DNA of 64,000 nucleotides, taken from an uncultured Candidatus Saccharibacteria bacterium. GTDB taxonomy: Bacteria > Patescibacteriota > Minisyncoccia > Phycocordibacterales > VMEP01. Where the stretch lies: the NCBI GenBank assembly GCA_964579635.1, contig CAZOFV010000001.1, positions 5,622 through 69,621 on the forward strand, given 5' to 3'. Position numbers and translations under genes: made by a program. The notes under the pieces were generated by a model. That model was not told the DNA's origin. It ran no database searches and was given only the letters and a program-made list of their open reading frames with translations. Within the stretch, counting starts at the first letter, position 1. The number at the start of each line of letters is the position of its first letter. Shown one piece after another: positions 8,558 through 16,210 of the stretch.

Positions 8558-9580
8558 CTACAAGGTTCTTCCACTAAAGGAGGTCTGTGGCAAAGTTCTG
8601 CCACTAAATGACGACTGTGGCAAAGTTCTGCCACTGATCGTCGGACCAGAAGATGACGGTGGTAAAGTTCTGCCGGTAAGCACCGGTGCGGTTGACGACG
8701 GGGGTAAGGTTCTGCCCGTAATCGTCGGACCAGCAATGTAGGCTTGTGCTGGTTGGACAACATATGGAGCGCCAATAACAGCGCCACTATTTCCAACCCA
8801 TCCGCTAAAGCCGACGTAGCCGCCACAACCGTCATAACAGCCACTGCTTGCAACCGCGACGGGCGTTTCGGTGATAACTTCCCGCATCACCACTCGGCTC
8901 TTGCGGTACCACTCGCTTTCAGGCGCTTTGACGATCTTCGTCTCCTTGGGAGGAGACTGTGGCACCGGCGGTTCTTCTGGAACTTCTGCCAATGTCTCTG
9001 CCGCCCTGATGACGAAGCCGGCGAAATTGCCACAATCACGCACGCGGAACAGCTTGTATTCGACGCCCTTGAAAGAAGTCGAGTACACGTCGGCGATATG
9101 TTCTTCGCCTTCTGCCCATGCCGCAACGGTGTTAACCCGTACCTTCGCTTTGTTGCCTTTCAGCAAACGGCCGAACGCCATCCAGTCAAACGTGTCGCCA
9201 CGCTTGAGGGTCATTTCTGCCCCCACCTTCTTTTCGAAATTCACGAGAAGGGCTTTCTTTACTTCAGTTGGCCATCCGCTTTGTGCAAGCGCCTGCTCGG
9301 CGTTCCCGATATACGGGTCGCCACCGACCTTGCGCCAGCAAAGATACCCTGCTGTGTTTTTGGGCGCACCAGTGCAATCCTTCAAGGAATACTTCCCTTC
9401 GCGGACAGCAATCCTGGTGCGGACAACAACAGCCGGAGCATCGTTTTTCGAAACCACGACAGTTGCTTCCTTCTCAGGAGCCTTCGTCGTCGCGACGTTC
9501 GTTTTGGTTTCCATTCCAGCACAAGCCGAAAGGAAGACCGCCATGAACAATGATGCCAACAAATTCAATTTGCGTGTCAT
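8558..9580 (-). CDS. Lipoprotein of unknown function (GC-rich islet gene 1) with C-terminal S(F/I)SGRTLPQ(S/T) peptide repeats
   Basis: Signal peptide plus lipobox FLSAC. Perfect SD AAAGGAGGTG 5 nt upstream of the ATG. GC content far above the flanking DNA. Confidence 0.7.
   Translation of the reverse strand: MTRKLNLLASLFMAVFLSACAGMETKTNVATTKAPEKEATVVVSKNDAPAVVVRTRIAVREGKYSLKDCTGAPKNTAGYLCWRKVGGDPYIGNAEQALAQSGWPTEVKKALLVNFEKKVGAEMTLKRGDTFDWMAFGRLLKGNKAKVRVNTVAAWAEGEEHIADVYSTSFKGVEYKLFRVRDCGNFAGFVIRAAETLAEVPEEPPVPQSPPKETKIVKAPESEWYRKSRVVMREVITETPVAVASSGCYDGCGGYVGFSGWVGNSGAVIGAPYVVQPAQAYIAGPTITGRTLPPSSTAPVLTGRTLPPSSSGPTISGRTLPQSSFSGRTLPQTSFSGRTL
8566..8742. repeat. Five tandem 30-42-nt units (GGCAAAGTTCTGCCACT...) inside the 3' end of the lipoprotein CDS
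   Basis: Direct repeats visible in the DNA. They encode the repeated decapeptide SGRTLPQSSF. Confidence 0.6.
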
Positions 9581-9668
9581 GATGACACCTCCTTTTTAAT
9601 TTTCAATTGGCGAAATTGCCAAACTGATTTCTAGATTAAGAATATCATATTTTTATTATTCTGTCAAT

Positions 9669-9704
9669 ATAAAATAAAAAGGGGTACGATTTCTCGTACC
9701 CCTT
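9669..9704 (-). terminator. Rho-independent terminator of the lipoprotein gene 9723..10202
   Basis: Minus-strand reading: AGGGGTACGA gaaa TCGTACCCCT followed by TTTTTATTTT. Confidence 0.6.
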
Positions 9705-9722
9705 GTTTGCTCACTTGAGCAC

Positions 9723-10202
9723 CTAGCAAAGGCTAGGAAACATTGACCAGGTAGACTGGCACGGCCGTGGCGCAGACTGCTGTCCGCGGTAAGGCTGGAT
9801 TTGCCCTTGGTAACCCTGATAGCCAGTGGCACCTGCGCTTTGGCTTCCGGCAACACCGCTATATGGCGCCGCTGCTTGGGCGCAAGCTTCTGGTCGACCG
9901 CCATTTTCAAGACAAGCAGCGATTATTTCCGTTGCGGCCAAACGTCTGGCTGCATCAGCCCGGCCGACCGCAGACCCGATTTCACTCGGAATCCGTGGCT
10001 TGGTTACCATCGCTTGCCTGCTTCCGTCAGAGCGAATCACAGACGTTGCTGGACGACACTCTTCGGTGCCGTCAGCACGAATCCGACATTCCTCCTCAAG
10101 GAGAATCGGTTCATGCGACACTGTGCGAGCTACTTGCTGGCCCCCACACCCCGCGACGAGAATGGATATCATCGCCACGAAAAACAGACTGGTTCTGGAC
10201 AT
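9723..10202 (-). CDS. Small Cys-containing lipoprotein of unknown function (GC-rich islet gene 2)
   Basis: Signal peptide plus lipobox LVAGC. Perfect SD AGAGGAGGA upstream. GC-rich. Confidence 0.6.
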   Translation of the reverse strand: MSRTSLFFVAMISILVAGCGGQQVARTVSHEPILLEEECRIRADGTEECRPATSVIRSDGSRQAMVTKPRIPSEIGSAVGRADAARRLAATEIIAACLENGGRPEACAQAAAPYSGVAGSQSAGATGYQGYQGQIQPYRGQQSAPRPCQSTWSMFPSLC

Positions 10203-10523
10203 GATAGTCCTCCTCTGTAAAAAAACGATTAAAAAGAATAGTTAAACCTGTTTATATTATTAGCATATCTTAAACAAAAAGTCAAGCTATCCGTAATATC
10301 CCCATACCTTGGAATCACTTACTAATTGTGTGTGTTTTGTATTAACAAGCCAAAAATACCATTAAAAAACATTGCGCAGTGCGACGGCACGAGAATAGTA
10401 AATTTTCAGCAGAAAATTATACGTGTTTTTTTGTGGTATTTTAAAAAAAGATATGCGTGTTTTCAGAAACAAAAGCTAAAATACCCCTTTGGAATAAGCT
10501 GAAAATAAAGTATTATTTGATGA

Positions 10524-12224
10524 ATGCAAGAATTTGATGACAAAAAACAAGATGACCGTTTATCTTTTTTAAGAAAAAGAGAAGAGGAAGATCTTATAAA
10601 AATATTATCTGACAAATACGGAATACCTTATATAGACCTCTCTACTGTTTCAATTGAAGGTGATGCTCTTAAAATAATTTCTGAAGAAAAAGCTCGAGCT
10701 GCTGAAATTGCTCCATTCCAACTAATAAACAAAAGGGCTTTTATTGCTGTTCGCTCCCCTGACCGCAATGACACCAAAATAGCCTTGGCGGAAATATCTT
10801 CAAAGGGGTACACTCCAAATTTATTTATCACCTCTACCGCAAGCTTAGAGAGAGTTTGGGCTCGTTATAAAGAAGTTTCTTTTGCTTCTGAATCAAAATC
10901 GGGACTTCTTGATGTTTCCGCTGAATTTCTAAATGAAGCGTTTGAAAAAATAAAAACAATTCCCGACATAACCAATATGGTTAATGATGTCTTAGGCAAA
11001 ACTGGAGGACATAAAATATCAGTAATGTTAGAAATTCTTTTGGCTGGGTCAGTTGCTGTTGGTGCTTCTGATATTCACATAGAACCAGAAGACGGGAGTG
11101 TTCATATTAGAGCGCGTCTTGATGGTGTTCTTGAAAACCTCCTCACTATAAATTACGAAACTTATAAACTTCTTTCTTCTAGAATAAAACTACTCTCTGG
11201 CTTAAAACTTAACGTTATCGCATCCGCCCAAGATGGACGCTTTAGTATTAAACTAAACGAAAAAGAAATAGAGATTCGTTCCTCTGTTATCCCTGGTGCA
11301 TATGGCGAATCTTTTGTTATGCGTGTTTTAAATCCAGAAAGTATCGCTGTTCCATTTGAAGATCTTGGTGTAAACAAACGACTTTTTGAAATTATAGAAA
11401 AAGAATTAAAACGTCCTAATGGAATTATTTTAACCACCGGACCAACTGGTTCTGGTAAAACAACAACCCTATATGCCTTTTTAAGAAAAATTTACTCCCC
11501 TGGAAGTAAGGTGATTACAATCGAAGACCCAATTGAATATCACTTAGAAGGAATCACTCAAACACAAACAAACGAAGAAAAAGGCTACACCTTTTTGGAG
11601 GGACTAAGATCCGCATTACGCCAAGACCCGGATGTAATAATGGTTGGTGAAATCCGCGACACAGAAACAGCAAAAATTTCTATAAACTCAGCTTTAACTG
11701 GACACTTAGTTTTTTCAACCCTACACACCAATACGGCGGCTGGTACAATCCCCCGTTTAATAGACCTTGGAGTTGATGCAAAAATAATAAGCTCAGCTCT
11801 TAACATCTCCCTTGCTCAACGTCTTGCAAGAAAACTTTGTAACTATTGCAAAAAAGAAGCTCCTGCTAACGACGAGGAAAAAAGGATTTTAAATACAGTT
11901 ATTGAACGTATTAAGTCTGAAGGAAAAGAATACGCCCTAACTTCAATAGAATCTTTACTTCCTATTTCAAACCTCTTCCAAGCAGTTGGTTGTGAAAAAT
12001 GTAACAACACTGGTTTTAAGGGGCGTGTTGGTATTTACGAAGCAATATTAACTGATGAAAATATAGAAAAAATTATTAACGAAAATCCAACTGAGCGAGA
12101 AATAAAAAAAGCGAGCTTGCCACAAAAAATTCTTGATTTACAACAAGACGCAACAATCAAAATCATTCAGGGAATAACATCTTTAGACGAAGTTGGTCGT
12201 GTTGTAGACATAGAAGAGGTTTAA
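10524..12224 (+). CDS. pilB: Type IV pilus / type II secretion assembly ATPase (PilB/GspE family)
   Basis: GspE N-terminal domain, then Walker A GPTGSGKTTT, Asp box, His box, and the C-terminal Cys4 cluster CNYC...CEKC. Confidence 0.85.
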   Translation: MQEFDDKKQDDRLSFLRKREEEDLIKILSDKYGIPYIDLSTVSIEGDALKIISEEKARAAEIAPFQLINKRAFIAVRSPDRNDTKIALAEISSKGYTPNLFITSTASLERVWARYKEVSFASESKSGLLDVSAEFLNEAFEKIKTIPDITNMVNDVLGKTGGHKISVMLEILLAGSVAVGASDIHIEPEDGSVHIRARLDGVLENLLTINYETYKLLSSRIKLLSGLKLNVIASAQDGRFSIKLNEKEIEIRSSVIPGAYGESFVMRVLNPESIAVPFEDLGVNKRLFEIIEKELKRPNGIILTTGPTGSGKTTTLYAFLRKIYSPGSKVITIEDPIEYHLEGITQTQTNEEKGYTFLEGLRSALRQDPDVIMVGEIRDTETAKISINSALTGHLVFSTLHTNTAAGTIPRLIDLGVDAKIISSALNISLAQRLARKLCNYCKKEAPANDEEKRILNTVIERIKSEGKEYALTSIESLLPISNLFQAVGCEKCNNTGFKGRVGIYEAILTDENIEKIINENPTEREIKKASLPQKILDLQQDATIKIIQGITSLDEVGRVVDIEEV

Positions 12225-12248
12225 ATAATATTTATAATTAAAAACAAA

Positions 12249-12276
12249 AAAACACCGAACCATCGGTGTTTTTTTG
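12249..12276 (+). terminator. Rho-independent terminator after pilB
   Basis: AACACCGA acc ATCGGTGTT followed by a T7 run. Confidence 0.6.
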
Positions 12277-12289
12277 TTTAGACAAGAGT

Positions 12290-12436
12290 AAAAACCTCTA
12301 AGTAATCCTTTCCACAAAAGCGGAAAGGGAGAAAGTATCTGCAAGGATAGTCTCAGCAAACACGCAAGCGTGCAACCAAAAACGTCCTCCAAACCTCTCC
12401 GGCAAGACACGGGGTCTCATTACTTAGAGATTTCTG
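12290..12436. ncRNA. Structured GC-elevated element closed by 11-12-bp terminal inverted repeats (CCTCTAAGTAAT / ATTACTTAGAGA); a candidate small RNA (6S-like?) or MITE-like element
   Basis: No credible ORF. Long closing helix plus an internal hairpin CCTTTCC..GGAAAGG. GC content is above background. Confidence 0.3.
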
Positions 12437-12498
12437 CCCTCATCTAGAAAAGTGCTATAATTAGCTACGTTCCAATAACCTATCATAGTTATTAAAAC

Positions 12499-13551
12499 AT
12501 GTCAATAGGAAAAAATACCAACACAAAAAACTCATCTAAACTAGGTGATACCGATAAAGAAGAAAAAGATGACTCCTTTTTAGACCAAACTCTTCGGCCA
12601 TCACGTTTTGACGAGTATATAGGACAAAAAAATATAAAAGAAAACTTAAGAATACTTCTAACGGCCGCAAAAGAGCGTAACCACCCACCAGAACATCTTC
12701 TTTTCTATGGACCACCAGGGCTTGGTAAGACAACCCTTGCTTATTTGATTGCTAAAGAAACCGGGTCACAAATTAAGGTAACTTCTGGTCCTGCAATTGA
12801 AAAAGTTGGTGATCTTGCTTCTATTCTCACTAACCTTCTACCTGGAGACATTCTTTTCATCGACGAGATTCACCGTCTAAATAAAACAATTGAGGAAGTT
12901 CTCTATCCTGCTATGGAGTCTGGCTCGCTTGATATTATTATCGGTAAAGGTCCTTCTGCTCGCACAATCCAACTTGAACTCCCCGCTTTCACTTTAGTCG
13001 CAGCAACGACGCGCATTGCTTTATTATCAGCGCCACTTCGTTCTCGTTTTTCTGGAGGAACATTTCGTCTCGAATTTTATACAGAAGATGAAATTAAAAA
13101 AATTATTGATCGCTCAGCAAAAATACTTGGGGCAGAGCTTGTCGAAGAAGCTTCCCGAGCAATTGCAAAAAGAAGTCGTTTTACCCCACGCATGGCAAAC
13201 TATCTTCTAAAACGTTGTCGTGATTTTGCTCAGGTTCATAAAAAATCTCTTTCTCATGAAATTGTTGGCGAAGCACTAAGGCTTTTAGGAGTAGACGAGC
13301 TCGGACTTTCGCTCTCTGACCGCCAAATACTGTCAGTAATTATTGATAAGTTCAGAGGTGGCCCCGTTGGTTTAGGGACAATTGCTGCGGCAACTGGCGA
13401 AGAAGAAGCAACGATTGAAGAAGTTGTTGAACCGTATTTAATTCAGCTGGGGCTTCTTGAGCGTACCACAAGAGGTCGCGTAGCAACGCCCCGTGCCTAC
13501 GAACATCTTGGTTTTAAAATGCCGTCGGATATACAAGAAAAACTTATTTAA
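12499..13551 (+). CDS. ruvB: Holliday junction branch-migration helicase RuvB
   Basis: Motifs [15 protein letters not shown] and DEIHRL, plus the C-terminal winged-helix region. Confidence 0.95.
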   Translation: MSIGKNTNTKNSSKLGDTDKEEKDDSFLDQTLRPSRFDEYIGQKNIKENLRILLTAAKERNHPPEHLLFYGPPGLGKTTLAYLIAKETGSQIKVTSGPAIEKVGDLASILTNLLPGDILFIDEIHRLNKTIEEVLYPAMESGSLDIIIGKGPSARTIQLELPAFTLVAATTRIALLSAPLRSRFSGGTFRLEFYTEDEIKKIIDRSAKILGAELVEEASRAIAKRSRFTPRMANYLLKRCRDFAQVHKKSLSHEIVGEALRLLGVDELGLSLSDRQILSVIIDKFRGGPVGLGTIAAATGEEEATIEEVVEPYLIQLGLLERTTRGRVATPRAYEHLGFKMPSDIQEKLI

Positions 13552-13566
13552 ATTAATCAAAAAAAT

Positions 13567-14097
13567 ATGTCAGGTCATTCAAAGTGGTCCCAAATAAAAA
13601 GACAAAAAGGTAGTGAAGATGCAAAGCGCAGTAAGGTTTTTGCAAAACTTGCTCGTGCAATATCGCAAGAATCAAAAAGAGTTAAAGGAGATATTAGTTC
13701 CCCTACTCTTCGTGTGATGATTGAAAAAGCAAAAAAAGAAAACATGCCAAAAGATACTATTGAGCGCGCTGTTAAAAAAGGAACGAGCGCCGACATGGGA
13801 GAATTATTTGAGGTTATGTATGAAGCATACGGACCAGGTGGTTCAGCAATACTTATTGAAGGATTAACTGATAGTAAAAACAGGAGTGCTGCTGAAATTA
13901 AACATTTACTTTCCCTACATGACGCGTCGTTTGCCTCACAAGGAGCAGCTGCTTGGGCTTTTAAAAAAGAGGGTGAGGAGTGGATTCCACAAACAACCGT
14001 TCCTCTTTCAGACGAAGACGGAAATAAACTTTCTGTTTTAATTGAGGAGTTAGAAGAAAGAGATGATGTTCAAGGTGTTTATACAAACGGAAACTAA
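13567..14097 (+). CDS. yebC: YebC/PmpR-family transcriptional regulator (compact)
   Basis: N-terminal signature MSGHSKWSQIKRQKG. Confidence 0.75.
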   Translation: MSGHSKWSQIKRQKGSEDAKRSKVFAKLARAISQESKRVKGDISSPTLRVMIEKAKKENMPKDTIERAVKKGTSADMGELFEVMYEAYGPGGSAILIEGLTDSKNRSAAEIKHLLSLHDASFASQGAAAWAFKKEGEEWIPQTTVPLSDEDGNKLSVLIEELEERDDVQGVYTNGN

Positions 14098-14109
14098 TAT
14101 TATTTAGAT

Positions 14110-14586
14110 ATGCGCATTCTCGCAATCGACCCAGGACTTGAAAGAGTTGGGGTTGCAATACTAGACAAAGAACGTGGAGCAAAAGAAACTCTTATTTTTT
14201 CAGAGTGTTTTAAAACGAAAGCTTCTTTGCCACTTTCAGAAAGATTAAACTTGATTGGTTTGCATATAAATAAAATTGTTTTGGAGTATGAACCGGAAAT
14301 CCTTGCTATTGAATCTCTTTTTTTTACAACCAATCAAAAAACAGCAATGGTGGTTTCTCAAGCGCGTGGAGTAATAATATACGAAGGAACAAAAAACGGT
14401 CTTCCTGTCCACGAATACACACCACTTCAAATAAAAGTTGCTGTAACTGGTTATGGTAAGGCCACAAAAACACAGGTTAATTCAATGGTTCAAAAACTGA
14501 TAAATATACCTAAAAAAATAACCTCCGACGATGAAATGGACGCTGTGGCTATAGGGCTAACCTGCTTTGCCCACATAAGAAACTAG
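14110..14586 (+). CDS. ruvC: Holliday junction resolvase RuvC
   Basis: ILAIDPGLERVGVAIL, the catalytic acidic residues, and a C-terminal SDDEMDAVAIGL. Confidence 0.9.
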   Translation: MRILAIDPGLERVGVAILDKERGAKETLIFSECFKTKASLPLSERLNLIGLHINKIVLEYEPEILAIESLFFTTNQKTAMVVSQARGVIIYEGTKNGLPVHEYTPLQIKVAVTGYGKATKTQVNSMVQKLINIPKKITSDDEMDAVAIGLTCFAHIRN

Positions 14587-14774
14587 CTTTATTTAAGGCA
14601 TTTATCCACACTTTTTACCTAAAAACATTGCGCTTTTTTTTGTTTTTGATACAACAGTGGAAGTTAGGAGTTTAAATATAAAAAATATTGTTTAATAAAC
14701 AAGGAACTACTTACTGTTAGTAGACCAAGTTTGGCCTAAGTTTGTATTTATAAATTAAGTTTTTAAATTATCTT

Positions 14775-14933
14775 ATGGACGACGAAATGGACATAAAAGA
14801 ACCAATATCTGAAGATGCTTTGGATGGTATCTTAGGTGACGATCTCTTAGGAGACGATGGTTTACCAGACGACCTAGATGCTGACGATCTTGGAAGTGCT
14901 CCCGTTGAGGAAGACGACGAGAATGTTTGGTAG
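14775..14933 (+). CDS. Hypothetical 52-aa highly acidic protein (D/E/L/G-rich)
   Basis: Open frame MDDEMDIKEP...DDENVW ending at a strong bidirectional terminator. No SD. Not in the ORF track because it is under 60 aa. Confidence 0.25.
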   Translation: MDDEMDIKEPISEDALDGILGDDLLGDDGLPDDLDADDLGSAPVEEDDENVW

Positions 14934-14934
14934 A

Positions 14935-14966
14935 AAAAAGCGGGACATAATGTCCCGCTTTTTTCT
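14935..14966. terminator. Bidirectional terminator between the small acidic ORF and tyrS
   Basis: AAAAAGCGGGACAT aa TGTCCCGCTTTTTT. Confidence 0.6.
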
Positions 14967-16161
14967 ATTTAACTTTAATTTTTACAAACCTTCTCTTCCC
15001 CACACGAATGGTTATTGGATTGGAAATTTTAAAATATGGGTCATTTATTTTTTCTTCCGTGTCCATATTTAAAACTGCAGACTCTAAAACAAGCCTCTTC
15101 CATTCATTCTTAGAAGAAATAATTTTTTCTTCTAGTAAAACATCCGCCAAAAGCTGACCTTTATTTACAAGAACAGAGACAACATCTTCTGAAACTCCAC
15201 CTTTTTGAAAAGTTTTAATAAAATTATCTTCTGCCTCTTTTGCTTTTTTATCTCCATGATAAAGAGAAACTATTTCTCTTCCAAGTCTCATTTTTGAATC
15301 TCTTGGATTTTCACCGCTATCAATCGATTTTTTAATACCAGCTATTTCTTCACCAGAAAGCCTGGTGCAAAGAGTAAAATACTTCAAAATTAAATCATCT
15401 CGAATTGCCATAACCTTCCCGTACATATCGTTTGGTTCATCTAAAAGATTTATAACATTACCCCAAGAAGAAGACATTTTTCTTCCATCTGTTCCTTCCA
15501 ACATCTGGCAGTTCATTATATCTTGCTCTGTTTGACCGTAATGTTTCTGGATTATGCGTCCAGCCTTCAAGTTAAATAACTGATCAAAACCACCAAGCTC
15601 AACATCTGCTTTTATTGCAACAGAATCATATCCTTGCATAAGCGGGTAAAGAAACTCTCTTAATGAAATTTCTTCTCCTTTTTCAATACGATCAGCAAAA
15701 TTTCTACGATGTGACATTTGTTGCAACGAAAAACATTCTGCTAACTCAGCCACGTCGTTAAAATCTAATTTTTTAAGCCATTTTGAATTAAAATGAAACT
15801 CTGCCTTTCTTAAGTCTAAAATTTTCCCAACTTGAACTCGATAATTTTTTAAATTATCTTTTACTTTTTTTGCCGTGAGCATCGGTCTCTTTTCGAGTTT
15901 GTCTGATGGGTCTCCAACCAATGCCGTAAAATCTCCAACAATAAAAACAACCTTATGCCCAAGGTCTTGAAACTCTCTTAATTTCCATAAAACAATTGCC
16001 CTACCTATATGGAGAAATGGTGAAGTTGGGTCAAAACCAAGCTTTATTCTGAGTTGTTTTCCAGATCGAAGTTTTTTTTCTAACGATTCCCTAACAAAAA
16101 CCTCTTCAACTGCATGTGTTAGTAGGTGTTTGATTTTTTCTTCATCAGTGCTAACTTTCAT
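14965..16161 (-). CDS. tyrS: Tyrosyl-tRNA synthetase
   Basis: HIGH-type motif PFLHIGRA, KMSSS motif, and a C-terminal S4-like domain. Confidence 0.9.
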   Translation of the reverse strand: MKVSTDEEKIKHLLTHAVEEVFVRESLEKKLRSGKQLRIKLGFDPTSPFLHIGRAIVLWKLREFQDLGHKVVFIVGDFTALVGDPSDKLEKRPMLTAKKVKDNLKNYRVQVGKILDLRKAEFHFNSKWLKKLDFNDVAELAECFSLQQMSHRRNFADRIEKGEEISLREFLYPLMQGYDSVAIKADVELGGFDQLFNLKAGRIIQKHYGQTEQDIMNCQMLEGTDGRKMSSSWGNVINLLDEPNDMYGKVMAIRDDLILKYFTLCTRLSGEEIAGIKKSIDSGENPRDSKMRLGREIVSLYHGDKKAKEAEDNFIKTFQKGGVSEDVVSVLVNKGQLLADVLLEEKIISSKNEWKRLVLESAVLNMDTEEKINDPYFKISNPITIRVGKRRFVKIKVK

Positions 16162-16210
16162 ATCGAAAACTTTATCACAAAACCCTTTGTTTGTCTTACG
16201 GTAAAGAATT

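Noticed and set aside
8566-8742. CRISPR array
   Set aside because: The repeats are contiguous with no spacers, vary in length between 30 and 42 nt, lie inside a CDS in frame, and no cas genes are present. They are coding tandem repeats.
8496-10245. Long plus- and minus-strand ORFs inside the GC-rich islet (8496..8741, 8744..9553, 8871..9599, 9268..9546, 9767..10204, 9801..10220, 9826..10245 and others)
   Set aside because: High-GC DNA generates long spurious ORFs. Only the two minus-strand ORFs have signal peptide plus lipobox, perfect SDs and terminators.
10204-10523. Imperfect direct repeats upstream of pilB (..TTTTCAGCAGAAAA..ACGTGTTTTTTT / ..GCGTGTTTTCAGAAACAAAAG..)
   Set aside because: The similarity is weak in an AT-rich context and could be chance. 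Not reported as a regulatory site.
12183-12410. 75-aa minus-strand ORF overlapping the structured element after pilB
   Set aside because: It spans a terminator and an inverted-repeat-bounded structured region, with no start context. Treated as non-coding.
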